Positions 19,032-28,524 of a stretch of DNA of 64,000 bases are shown here, one piece after another; the first letter of the stretch is position 1, and each line of letters opens with the position of its first letter. The position numbers and the translations under genes were made by a program. The stretch is from an uncultured Fibrobacteria bacterium (GTDB lineage: Bacteria; Fibrobacterota; Fibrobacteria; UBA11236): positions 3,072,001 through 3,136,000 of the forward strand of contig OY970309.1 of NCBI GenBank assembly GCA_963716395.1, written 5' to 3'. A model generated the notes under the pieces. The model was not told the DNA's origin, did not search any database, and saw nothing but the letters and a program-made list of their open reading frames with translations.

Positions 19032-20321
19032 ATGACGATACGCAAACAATTCTTTCTTCGCGGCGCCTTGGCGGCCCTGCCCGTCTGGTTTTGCGCTTGT
19101 CAGCTCTTCCAGTCGCAAACCAATTCCACCAACGGCGGTTCCGGGTTGAGCGTGCATTTGCAGGTTCGCCCGGCAGCGTTGGCGCGCCTGGCGGCCACCG
19201 CGCCGGCCCTCACCGACTCGGCCGTGGTCACGGTTTCGGCCCCGGATTTTTCGCCCCGGGTTTTCGGCTTCGGCGGCGCAGGCTTTGATTTCGTCCTGAA
19301 CGATCTGACGCCCGGGACGGGCCGCGATTTCAAAGTCGAATTGTTGCGGCAAGGGCGCGTTCTGTATACGGGGGAAATCGACACCACCTTGTATGCCGAT
19401 CGGCAGAACCTGCTGCTTCTGCATTGCCTGCCGCGTTTTTCCCGGGTGGCTGCCAGCGCCCATGTGCCGGTGGATTTTCCCTGGGACGTGGTCGCGGGTA
19501 AACTGATTTTAAGCGGCGGGGGAGACACTTTGACCGCCGACATGACGCGTAGCGGAGAATTTCTGCTGTTCGACGTGGAAGAGGTACCCGGCGATCAAAC
19601 CTATTCCGCCTCGCTGCAATTGTGGGACTCGGCGCAAGCCGTGGTGGCTACCGCCCAGGACACCGTTGCGGTGCTCATGGGTCAAAGCGTGAATCTGGAT
19701 CTGACCCTGCTCACCACCGAGGCGCAGTTGCAGATGGGTTTGGATTTCGCCGCGCCGCAGCAGACATCGTTGCATCTGGCGTTTCCGGCCGGACGGCGCG
19801 CGCCGTCGGCCTTCGGCGATGTGATTTTTTCCGAATTGTATCCGGCGCCTTCTTCCGCCGATTCGGGCAGCGACGGAGAATGGCTGGAGATTTTCAATCG
19901 CACCTCCGACACCCTAGACCTGGGCGGCTGCGGCATCTCCCGCGACGGGGGAGGCACGTCGACCAAGCAGGTACTTTTTCCCAATGGAACGGCCTTGCCG
20001 CCCGGACGGGCCTGGGTGGCGGGGCATGCCGACGCGCCCTCGCCCAGCCTGGTGTTGACCAGTTTTTCGCTGCCGAATTCCCTGTCGCGGGTGCAACTTT
20101 TCTGCGCCGATTCCCTGCTCCTCGATACCGTGACCTATTCGCTGGCCGCGGCTGATTCCTTCGCGGTGGCCGCCGGTAACGGCGAAGTGACAGAGCTGCG
20201 GCCCAGTCAAATCGCGCAACGCGCGCGGCCCTCGGCCTGGTGCCTGGTGCCGTCCCATCCCGATTCAGCCGGGCAGGGCAACCCTACACCCGGCAGCCTT
20301 GACGACGGGTGCCCGGAATGA
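19032..20321 (+). CDS. Lipoprotein with a C-terminal lamin-tail domain
   Basis: AGGAGG RBS, lipobox-like FCAC, GDVIFSELYPAP...GEWLEIFNRTSDTLDLGG, terminal PTPG. Confidence 0.8.
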   Translation: MTIRKQFFLRGALAALPVWFCACQLFQSQTNSTNGGSGLSVHLQVRPAALARLAATAPALTDSAVVTVSAPDFSPRVFGFGGAGFDFVLNDLTPGTGRDFKVELLRQGRVLYTGEIDTTLYADRQNLLLLHCLPRFSRVAASAHVPVDFPWDVVAGKLILSGGGDTLTADMTRSGEFLLFDVEEVPGDQTYSASLQLWDSAQAVVATAQDTVAVLMGQSVNLDLTLLTTEAQLQMGLDFAAPQQTSLHLAFPAGRRAPSAFGDVIFSELYPAPSSADSGSDGEWLEIFNRTSDTLDLGGCGISRDGGGTSTKQVLFPNGTALPPGRAWVAGHADAPSPSLVLTSFSLPNSLSRVQLFCADSLLLDTVTYSLAAADSFAVAAGNGEVTELRPSQIAQRARPSAWCLVPSHPDSAGQGNPTPGSLDDGCPE

Positions 20322-20352
20322 AGAGGGCGTGTCTGGAAGAAGTCCCGCGGAA

Positions 20353-20766
20353 TCAAACGATGCCGCGGGCGCGCAAAAAGTTGATCACTGCGTCCCGGTT
20401 TTCGGCCTACTCCGACCACACCGAAACGCACCAGGCCTGTACGGCCTGGCGCCGTTCCGCTCCCGGTGCGGTGGCAAGGACGTCGGCCGCGGTGAGTGCG
20501 CTGCGCCTAGCCGGCAACGGCAAAGTGGGCCAAGGCCCACGGCGGTTGGCCAAGTGCATGTGGACTTTCTGCACTTGTCTTCCCGAAAATCCTTTTTCGA
20601 GAAAGAGATTTAACCCGGCCAGCGCGAAGATCCGCTGGATGGGTTTGTCGCCGGCGTCGGCATGCTGCGCAGCATAGACATCGACTACATGCTGGTGCAG
20701 AAAATCGGCATCGCCGAGTGTCAGGGTGTACGCGCGCAAAGCGTCGTAAGCTTCGTCTTCGGCCAT
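20353..20766 (-). pseudogene. DUF5946-like protein with an in-frame TAG near the C-terminus
   Basis: FLHQHVVDVYAAQH and LTAADVL motifs. TAG at 20407-20409 is followed in frame by AENRDAVINFLRARGIV and TGA (20353). May instead be a functional, slightly truncated CDS. Confidence 0.55.
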
Positions 20767-20782
20767 CGCGGGCGCACCCGGC

Positions 20783-21595
20783 TCAGGGCTCTTCGGCGTC
20801 GCCGGCGTTGGCGGCCAGGCCCGCTTCGATCAACCCCTTTTTGAAGTAGCCGTAGGCGAATCCGAAGATCCCATAGGCCAGGCCTTCGAGGTACAGGTAT
20901 TCCGGAAAAATCATGCCGAAGCCGCACAGGTAGGTCAGGAAGATATTGGCGATTTGAAAGGCGTTGAAAGACCGATTTTCGCGCTTGAGCAGCTTGGGGA
21001 GATATAAGGGGCTGACCATGAGCAAGCCCGCAAGGATCAATAGCAGCGGCATGGCCGAAATGCTGTAGGGAAAGCGGCGGAGGAGATCGTATTTGGCGAA
21101 CAAAATGGTGCTTACGGCCACGAAGCTCCCGGCAAAGGTGGTAGGCAGCCCGTGGAAATATTCGCGCAGTTCTTCGGAGTCGATGGCGTTGTAACGCGCC
21201 AGACGCAGCGCCGCGCACAGCATATAGACCGCGGCAGACACGAAGGCCAAGGGCCGGTGAAGCACGAACCATCCCGAGTCGATGGATTGCATGTAGAAGT
21301 ACACCAAACAGCCGGGTGCGATGCCGAAGGCCGTCAAATCCGCCAGGCTGTCGAATTGGGCGCCGAATTCCGAAGAGGCGTTGAGCAGCCGGGCCGCAAA
21401 GCCGTCCAGCTTGTCGAGCAAGGCGCACCAGGTGATGATCCAGGCGGCGGTGACCAGCGGAGGTTTGGTCGAACCCCAAATCGGCCCGCTGGGCGAGGCC
21501 GAAAAAACATCGGTCATTTGCAGAATGGCATAAATGCCGAGCAGAAAATTCAGGCCGGTGAACAGATTCGGTAACAGGAATCTTTTCTTGACCAT
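20783..21595 (-). CDS. pssA: CDP-diacylglycerol--serine O-phosphatidyltransferase (CDP-alcohol phosphatidyltransferase family)
   Basis: LPNLFT, DKLDGFAARLLNASSEFGAQFDSLADLTAFGIAP, ALRLARYN. Confidence 0.88.
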   Translation of the reverse strand: MVKKRFLLPNLFTGLNFLLGIYAILQMTDVFSASPSGPIWGSTKPPLVTAAWIITWCALLDKLDGFAARLLNASSEFGAQFDSLADLTAFGIAPGCLVYFYMQSIDSGWFVLHRPLAFVSAAVYMLCAALRLARYNAIDSEELREYFHGLPTTFAGSFVAVSTILFAKYDLLRRFPYSISAMPLLLILAGLLMVSPLYLPKLLKRENRSFNAFQIANIFLTYLCGFGMIFPEYLYLEGLAYGIFGFAYGYFKKGLIEAGLAANAGDAEEP

Positions 21596-21665
21596 GGCGT
21601 GCTCCGTGGGGGATGAAACAGTGCGGACGGTTTATTGCCGCCGGCCGGGCGCAACCCGCAGGGGT

Positions 21666-24248
21666 TTATTGCGCGGGGAAAAACATAATGAAGTGATCCA
21701 GGGTTGAGATTGCAATTCCGTCTCCGAGCAGGGCCGGCGTTCCGGGCATGCTGGTCAACGGCAAATGCTCCAGCAGAGCATGGGTCCACGACCGCTTTTC
21801 CAAAGCGGGTTCGGTGGTACCCACCCAATATCCGTCTTCCACCACCAGGGGTCGGTTGAAGAGATAGGTGGAAAGCTGGGTTTGGGCCACAATGGCGCCG
21901 GTGGATCCCTGCACGGTGAGAATGCGTTTCGAGGCGGTGCCGAGCAATATCTGGTCCCCCCAGCCGTCCAGGCTGAAAATTTGCTCGCCGATGTCTTTCT
22001 GCCAGGCGATGCTGTCGCGTTGGCGGTCGACGGCCACCAGTAACCCTTCGTTGTAGCCGGCATAGGCGTATTCATGGCCGGCATGCAATTCGGTCACGGT
22101 GCCGGGGGGCATGCGCACTCGGCCCAGAATGCGGCCGGTGGAAATTTGCAGGCCGTAATACCCGCCCTCGATTTCAAAGGCGTCGATTTGATCGGGCAGG
22201 CGGCTTTTGGCCAGCAGCAGACCGTTGCGGCTCAAATGCCGCTGCCACCGGATGTGCCGCTGCGGCAAGGCGAGAAATTGCACGTTGCCGCCCCAGTCGC
22301 TGTAGACCAATCCGCCGGCCACGGGCACAGCCTGGCAAATGGGTTGGGGCAGTGGAACCGGCGGCGGCAGGTCGGCGGGCGAGAAGGGTGTGAGCAGATA
22401 CAGGCGCGTGGGGCTGGAGACCACCGCCGTGTCTCCCACCCAGCAGGCCGCCTTCAAATCCAAGGCTTCGGAAAAATGAAAACTGTTTTTCAACGCCCCG
22501 GTGGTATTGTCGAGCAGGGCCAGCGTTTGATTGTCGTTCTCCACGTAGAACGAAACCCCGGGGCCCGCCACCAAGGTCGGGAAAAAGCGCGGACCGGAAT
22601 GCTGCTTCCACACCCAACCCGCGGCAAAGGCCCGGGCCAGGCTGCGCAGGGCCGGATCGGCGCTCCAGGGGGCCACCACGGGCGAGCGGGCCAATTGCAA
22701 CCAGGCCTCGATCACCTCTTTGTGCGCGGCACCGGTCGACCGCAGCAATTGGGCCTTTTGCCTCCAGGCTTCGCCGTTCCCCGGCTCCAATTCCAACAAG
22801 GTGTCCAGAGCCCGTAGCGCACCCTCCTCGTCATGGCGTTTCAGACAATCCTGCACCCCGCGAAACAAGTAGCTGCGATCGTCGCCGGTCATTTGCAAAA
22901 GCTCGCGGTTCAAGCGCACGCGCTGTCCGTCGGCGCGCTGCACCACGAGCCAGTCGCGGGTGGGCAGCAGCAGGGGATCGTGCCCCCAGCCGACCTCATA
23001 GCGGAACAAGGTGCGGCCGTCCTCCCCCAACGACAAACAGGTGCCCGCGTGCGTCAGCGCGAACAGTCCGTCGGCGGCCGGAAGAATCTCGGCGATGCCG
23101 TCGTCGTGCTGCCAGTCCATTTGTCCGGTGCGCAGTTCAAAGGCTTTCAAAGCGCCTTGATTTTGCACCAAGAAGGCATGTTCGTGACCCAGGACCAACT
23201 GGTCCTGCATTTCCGAAGGAAAGCCCCATAAGAAAGCGTCGAAGGCGGGTCCCCGGCGAATTTCGATGTGATCCAAATATCGTAAAGCCAGGTAATCGCC
23301 GGAGAGCAGGGCCTCCGAGGGAAGTTCACCCGACAGCGCCAGCGGGCTCAGGGAATGGCGGGTGAAATCGGCGCGGTAGACCCCCTCCGAAGGACAGAAC
23401 AGCACACCTTCGCGCGAGCGCGGACGGGCGGGCAAATAGGTGCAGCCCGGACCCGGAAGGGGGGAGGAGAAAACCGTGCGGTCGCGCTGCATGAGTTTCA
23501 GGCTTTGCGAACCGATCAGCAGGAATTCATCGGGCTCGCCGCGCGCGGGCAGCAACATGCCCTGGTCGGCCGCGAATTTCTCCGGCGCGGGGTTGGGTGC
23601 GAAATTCGGCGCCTTGCGCAGATAGACCTGCTGCTTGTCGCGCAGCACGGTGAGCAGCAGATCGGGTGTGGCATCGAGCACGTCTTCGCCCGGCAACAGG
23701 GAGGCGGGCACCGAATGCAGCAGCCCGTCTTCATCCTGATACTGCACCTGTTCGGATTCGGTTTCGGGGCTTTTCGGATCTTCCACCAAGACATAACGGG
23801 GAGTACCCGAGGAGGCATCGGCAAAGACCCGCGTGGAACCGGTAACGCGTCCGGCCGGGCGCAGCGGTTGAATGGCGCCCGGATGCAAGGCGAGCAGCCG
23901 ATGGTATAAGGCGCGCTTCTCCGCCGCGCTCAGACCTTGGCCGCCCAGGGCCTGGGTATAGGCGCGGATGGCCGACTCGCTTTGGCCTTCGCTTTCGCGG
24001 AAACGGCCCTGGAGAAATTCGGCTTGGGTGCGAATGCCGGTGTCGTTCGACGCTTCCAGACGATTCAGAATGCGCTGGGCCGCGACCGTATCGCCTTCGA
24101 TTTCGAACAAATAACGGGCCGACTCCAAATCCATTTGCGCCGAAGCCGAGGCGGCATCGGGTTGGGCCGCGGCGGCGCCGGCGACCGTACACACCACGCC
24201 GAACAGAAGTTTCATGATGCCCAGACGTTTTTCCATCGTGCGCTTCAA
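21666..24248 (-). CDS. Exported protein with TPR and PQQ-type beta-propeller repeats
   Basis: Signal peptide, TPR-like helices, repeats such as LKAFELRTGQMDWQH and LVAVDRQRDSIAWQK. The start may be a few codons downstream. Confidence 0.75.
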   Translation of the reverse strand: MKRTMEKRLGIMKLLFGVVCTVAGAAAAQPDAASASAQMDLESARYLFEIEGDTVAAQRILNRLEASNDTGIRTQAEFLQGRFRESEGQSESAIRAYTQALGGQGLSAAEKRALYHRLLALHPGAIQPLRPAGRVTGSTRVFADASSGTPRYVLVEDPKSPETESEQVQYQDEDGLLHSVPASLLPGEDVLDATPDLLLTVLRDKQQVYLRKAPNFAPNPAPEKFAADQGMLLPARGEPDEFLLIGSQSLKLMQRDRTVFSSPLPGPGCTYLPARPRSREGVLFCPSEGVYRADFTRHSLSPLALSGELPSEALLSGDYLALRYLDHIEIRRGPAFDAFLWGFPSEMQDQLVLGHEHAFLVQNQGALKAFELRTGQMDWQHDDGIAEILPAADGLFALTHAGTCLSLGEDGRTLFRYEVGWGHDPLLLPTRDWLVVQRADGQRVRLNRELLQMTGDDRSYLFRGVQDCLKRHDEEGALRALDTLLELEPGNGEAWRQKAQLLRSTGAAHKEVIEAWLQLARSPVVAPWSADPALRSLARAFAAGWVWKQHSGPRFFPTLVAGPGVSFYVENDNQTLALLDNTTGALKNSFHFSEALDLKAACWVGDTAVVSSPTRLYLLTPFSPADLPPPVPLPQPICQAVPVAGGLVYSDWGGNVQFLALPQRHIRWQRHLSRNGLLLAKSRLPDQIDAFEIEGGYYGLQISTGRILGRVRMPPGTVTELHAGHEYAYAGYNEGLLVAVDRQRDSIAWQKDIGEQIFSLDGWGDQILLGTASKRILTVQGSTGAIVAQTQLSTYLFNRPLVVEDGYWVGTTEPALEKRSWTHALLEHLPLTSMPGTPALLGDGIAISTLDHFIMFFPAQ

Positions 24249-24955
24249 TCTCCCGGCCGTCCGCCCTCGGGATCGAATTTATACCCGACCCCGCGTACAC
24301 TTTTGATCCAGACCGGATTGGCCGCGTCGTGTTCCAGCTTTTGCCGCATCTTGCCGATTTGGTTGTCCACGGTGCGGGTGGTGGGCATGCTGTCGGCCGA
24401 ATACCCCCAAATGGCCTGCAGCAAATCTTCGCGCGAAACCACTTCGCCCGGGCGCCCGGCCAGGTATCTAAGAATTTGGAATTCCTTGGCCGACAATTCC
24501 ACCGGATGCCCGCGCCGCGTGGCCTCGTAACGGCGAAAGTCGATGCGCGTTTCCCCGAATTCGAGCACATCGGGTTCCACCGGAGCCGCCAGCGCGGCCC
24601 GCCGCAGCCGGGTCTTGATGCGCGCCAGCAATTCGGACACGCTGAAGGGCTTGGTGATGTAGTCGTCGGCGCCCATTTCCAAACCCGCAATCTTCGACAA
24701 CTCCTCGTTTTTGGCCGTCAGAATCAACACGAAAATTTCGGGATGCTGTTTGCGGATCGCGCGGCAGACTTCGAAGCCGCTCGACTTGGGCAGCATGAGG
24801 TCGAGCAGGACAAGATGGGGTTTCCACTGGCGCACTTTATCGAGCGCTTCTTCTCCGTCGACGGCCACGGCCGTCTCGTAGCCTTCGATGTCGAGCAAAT
24901 CGACCAATCCCGCGCGGATGGCCTCTTCGTCTTCAACGATGAGAATCCGATGCAT
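24245..24955 (-). CDS. OmpR-family response regulator
   Basis: ILIVEDE, LLDLMLP, GADDYITKPFS, RTVDNQI, SVRGVGYKF. Confidence 0.96.
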   Translation of the reverse strand: MHRILIVEDEEAIRAGLVDLLDIEGYETAVAVDGEEALDKVRQWKPHLVLLDLMLPKSSGFEVCRAIRKQHPEIFVLILTAKNEELSKIAGLEMGADDYITKPFSVSELLARIKTRLRRAALAAPVEPDVLEFGETRIDFRRYEATRRGHPVELSAKEFQILRYLAGRPGEVVSREDLLQAIWGYSADSMPTTRTVDNQIGKMRQKLEHDAANPVWIKSVRGVGYKFDPEGGRPGD

Positions 24956-26894
24956 GCTTTCCCCCTTTGGCGAAGGTGATGATCATTTCCGTTCCCTGAT
25001 TTTCGGCGCTGCGCACCTTGATGACGCCACCGTGGGCCGCGACGATACGCTGCACCAGGGCCAAACCCAGTCCGCTGCCGCGGGTTTTGCGCGTCATCTC
25101 GTCACCGGCCCGGTAGAATTTTTCAAAGATGTGCTTGAGATCACCGGGTGCAATGCCGATGCCCTGGTCCGCCACGCGCAACACCACGTTCTCGGGTTCG
25201 TCGCGCACTTCGAGCGTGACTTCGGTGCCGGAAGGAGAATATTTCAGCGCGTTTTCCAGCAGGTTCTGCAGCACCGAACGCAGGGCGTCGTAATCGGCGC
25301 GCAGCCGGGCCGTGGCCGGCAGCAGGGTGGTGAGGCGGATGCCGGCTTGGGCGAAGGCCGTACCCATCAACGCCGCGCTCTCGCGCGCCACCTCGCTCAA
25401 GTCCAACTCGGCGAAGCGCAGGGCGCGTTCGTCCTCTTCAAGCCGCGCAAAATTGAGAATGCCTTCGATCATGCCTTGCAGCCTTTCAGCCTCCTGTTCA
25501 ATGCGCTGCGCATAGTCGCGGCGCTTTTCTTCCTGCGCCTGGCGGCCGCTGGCCAGCATTTCGGCGAACATGCGGATGGCCGTGAGCGGGGTTTTGAGTT
25601 CATGCGATACGGCCGAAAGAAAATTGGCCTTCATCTGCACCACGCGTTGTTCCTGATCGATGCCCTGGAACAAGGTGAAGGCGCCCAACAGCAGCGCCAG
25701 CAGCGAAAAACCCAACAAGGTGTATTGCAGGATCAGGCGCCGTCGGCCCAGCGACACCACTTCGCTGGCGGGTTTTTTATACACGATCACGCGCCAGGCG
25801 GGAAAGCCGTCGTCGACGGACTTTTCCAGGGCCGGTTCGCGATCGCTGAGCGAGTCCGAGGCCAGCACCACGCGGTCGAGCCGGTTCAAAATGGCGAAGT
25901 CGACATCTTTCCAGGTTTCGCGGCGCTCGGCTAGCAAATCACTGCGCAAGGCTTCGACGAACACGTTTTCGTTGAGTCGCAGCAAGGCCTGGGTGCCGCG
26001 CGCAAACCAGGGGAATCCGACTTCGAGGTAGGGAACGCCTTCGTAATACTGCACTTTCAGCGAATCTTCGGGAAAAGGAATTTGGCTGCGCAGCATGTCG
26101 GTGGGCGAAGCGGGCCAGGCGTGCTGCACGAAGTCGGCGTCGGAAAGGAAGAGGGGAAGTTGCTGGTGCAAGGTGAACAGTTGCGCGCGCAGGTCGGGTG
26201 GCAGGGCTTCGAGCGAGGTCAACAGATTGACGGTTTCGGAGAGATAGAACGCGACGGGGTGGTACGAGTCGAAGACGTCGGTGGCCTGGAGATCGCGGAT
26301 CAGCACACGCCCGAAGGTGATGGCCTGGGGCGCGTCGCCCAAGGCTACCAGACATTTGAGTTCAAGCAGGCGGAACCCGAAGCGTAGCGGTTCCAAAGTC
26401 GGAGTGGCGGTTAGGCTGTCGGGGCCGTGCAGCAATCCCCGCAGGGCTCGCAGACAGGCGCCATAGCGGCGCGCATGCCATTCCTGCCGCGCCAGGTCCG
26501 CTAGAGCAGGCGGTGCCCCCGGTCCCGGAGCCGCACCCAGATTGGGAGACGGATTGGGATCGCGGGGAAACACGGCGGTGTCGCCCCGAAAAACCGCCGC
26601 CGACTGCACCATCGGGTTCTCCAACAGCCGCGCGGTCAGCGCCCAGGCCGCGGCAGGCGTATCGGTGGACCCGCCGGCGCGCAATTGCTCCCGCAATTTG
26701 TCCATATTAACCTGGCGCGTTTTGCGTAAAATCTGGAGGACCGCGCCGACGAAATCCTGATGGCGCGACTCCAGCGATCGTTCCAGCAACACCCGTTCGT
26801 CCTTCACCGAGCGAAAGCTGAGATAACCCAGGATCAAGCCCGGCAGCAGGATGGAGCCCGTGAAGACCAGCAGGAGACGGCGCGAGATTTTCAA
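24933..26894 (-). CDS. Membrane sensor histidine kinase
   Basis: Two TM helices flanking a large extracytoplasmic region. H-box VSHELKTPL, N-box NLLENALKYS, DQGIGI, GSGLGL. Confidence 0.95.
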   Translation of the reverse strand: MKISRRLLLVFTGSILLPGLILGYLSFRSVKDERVLLERSLESRHQDFVGAVLQILRKTRQVNMDKLREQLRAGGSTDTPAAAWALTARLLENPMVQSAAVFRGDTAVFPRDPNPSPNLGAAPGPGAPPALADLARQEWHARRYGACLRALRGLLHGPDSLTATPTLEPLRFGFRLLELKCLVALGDAPQAITFGRVLIRDLQATDVFDSYHPVAFYLSETVNLLTSLEALPPDLRAQLFTLHQQLPLFLSDADFVQHAWPASPTDMLRSQIPFPEDSLKVQYYEGVPYLEVGFPWFARGTQALLRLNENVFVEALRSDLLAERRETWKDVDFAILNRLDRVVLASDSLSDREPALEKSVDDGFPAWRVIVYKKPASEVVSLGRRRLILQYTLLGFSLLALLLGAFTLFQGIDQEQRVVQMKANFLSAVSHELKTPLTAIRMFAEMLASGRQAQEEKRRDYAQRIEQEAERLQGMIEGILNFARLEEDERALRFAELDLSEVARESAALMGTAFAQAGIRLTTLLPATARLRADYDALRSVLQNLLENALKYSPSGTEVTLEVRDEPENVVLRVADQGIGIAPGDLKHIFEKFYRAGDEMTRKTRGSGLGLALVQRIVAAHGGVIKVRSAENQGTEMIITFAKGGKHASDSHR

Positions 26895-26918
26895 TCGGAC
26901 CGCAATCCCGTTCGGATT

Positions 26919-27161
26919 TCAGAACAACAGGTTTTCCAAGGCTTGGAGCGCGGGTTTCCCCAATTCGTGATAGAGCAGGTCGCGCGCGAAGGAAAGATCA
27001 TACGCTTCCAGGCATAAAAGCAGCATGTTGACCACGATGAAGGCCGCGAAGGCGCCGATGACGTAGTACAGCACAAAAAAAACGCCCCGGCGCGGTTCCA
27101 AGGAATACGGATTGATGGTGGCCCGATAAAGAAGGCGGACCAATCCCAGGGTGGGAGACAT
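26919..27161 (-). CDS. Small hypothetical membrane protein
   Basis: About 80 aa with one hydrophobic helix (GVFFVLYYVIGAFAAFIVVNMLLLCL), filling the gap between co-directional genes. Confidence 0.55.
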   Translation of the reverse strand: MSPTLGLVRLLYRATINPYSLEPRRGVFFVLYYVIGAFAAFIVVNMLLLCLEAYDLSFARDLLYHELGKPALQALENLLF

Positions 27162-27201
27162 CGACCCGAACAATCTAAAAATCGCGGCGGCTCGGACTCC
27201 T

Positions 27202-28305
27202 TCAGGGCTGGGCCGAATAACCGGCCACTACGAAATCGCCGGGATTGATCACACCGGGTTGCACGTCTTCGAGCAGCAAGCTGGCCGAGTGGGGGTCGGC
27301 GCGTAAGACCACCGCATCTCCCAGTAGCTTGTCCGTGATGGCGCCGTTGCGATGGTTGAAGACGAAGACGAAGTCTCCAGGTTGGAATCCGCGATCGCTG
27401 CCCCGGTCGATAATGATCTGGGAGAAGGGTTGGGGAATGAAGTTGGGGGGCGTCACCCAGACGATACGTCCGGTGCGCAGCGCCCCGGCGACAGGCGCGA
27501 ATCCCGTGGCGCGCACCGTGGGCAATTCGCCGAGGGGGGCGGCGCGGCTCTGGCGCGAGATGGTTCCGAAGCAACGGATCAGGCTGGCCACCGCGTAGCG
27601 TTCGGCGACCCGTTTGACTTGGGCAATGCCGGAGATGCGCACCAGACGGCCCAAATCCGCCGCACCCGAAAAAGACGCATAGTCGTCGCCCACTTCATAA
27701 ATCTTGAAGAGTTCGCCGGGTTTGACGCCTTGGTTCGAGCCGGCGTCCAAATCGATTTCATCGTAGGGCAACAAGACTGCGGAGGCGGTGATGGTGCGGT
27801 AATGCAGAGAACAATCGCCGGGGAAAATGCCGGTTCGCGCCTGGCGGCCGGTGAGAAAAGGCGCGGTCAGCACCAGATATGGGTGCAGATAGTGGACGGG
27901 GGCCGGGGATTCCGAAGAGCTTTGGTAAGCCGTGGGTAGGGCGGCTTCGGGCTGCGCCGGCGCGCGCGGAGGGGGCGTTTCGGCGGGCAGCAGCGAGCCC
28001 ATTTTGCGCAGAAAAGCCGGTGATGAGGTTTCGCGCTCTTCCCGCACGGGAAAGCGGGGAGCGGTCGTGGCTGCGGACGGAAGCGGAGTACTTGCGCTTT
28101 CCGGAGCGGCTTCCGCCGGGAGATTCGCGGTAAAGGGGTCTTGTGCCTGCACGCTCCAGATCCCCGGATAGCGAAAGGGGTTTTGGGCGGATTGCCGCTC
28201 GATTTTACGAAGGTCATCATCGTTTTTCACATCGTGAACGGTCGTGGCCGACAGCTGCCCCATCATCACCGCCCCGACCAAAAACCAAGAAGAAGGATTT
28301 CGCAT
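27202..28305 (-). CDS. Exported TsaP-like protein with a degenerate LysM N-terminus
   Basis: Signal peptide; HDVKNDDDLRKI...NPFRYPGIW resembles the LysM start of this family; Pro/Ala linker; two beta-domains (DAGSNQGVKPGELFKIY; IIDRGSDRGFQPGDFVFVF). Confidence 0.65.
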   Translation of the reverse strand: MRNPSSWFLVGAVMMGQLSATTVHDVKNDDDLRKIERQSAQNPFRYPGIWSVQAQDPFTANLPAEAAPESASTPLPSAATTAPRFPVREERETSSPAFLRKMGSLLPAETPPPRAPAQPEAALPTAYQSSSESPAPVHYLHPYLVLTAPFLTGRQARTGIFPGDCSLHYRTITASAVLLPYDEIDLDAGSNQGVKPGELFKIYEVGDDYASFSGAADLGRLVRISGIAQVKRVAERYAVASLIRCFGTISRQSRAAPLGELPTVRATGFAPVAGALRTGRIVWVTPPNFIPQPFSQIIIDRGSDRGFQPGDFVFVFNHRNGAITDKLLGDAVVLRADPHSASLLLEDVQPGVINPGDFVVAGYSAQP

Positions 28306-28524
28306 ACCAGCATTTTGCTTTTTAAACCGGCATAAGGCAAGCCTCTTGATGCGGATAACCCGCTTTCTGCGGGAGATGCCGAATTCGGATTCCGGCCCGC
28401 TTGGCAGCCCGTAAATTCGTTGGATTTTCGGCAGGCTTCATCGGCGTTTTCATAACCTGGTTTTCGGGTAGGCTAAGTCCTTTATTTTCATGGTTTTAAT
28501 CCGCCGCCCCCTATAATCCCAGGC

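Noticed and set aside
20407-20409. Genome-wide TAG recoding (pyrrolysine or an alternative code)
   Set aside because: TAG ends several apparently complete genes (3217-19, 6977-79, ruvB 48177-79), and no other gene shows an internal TAG.
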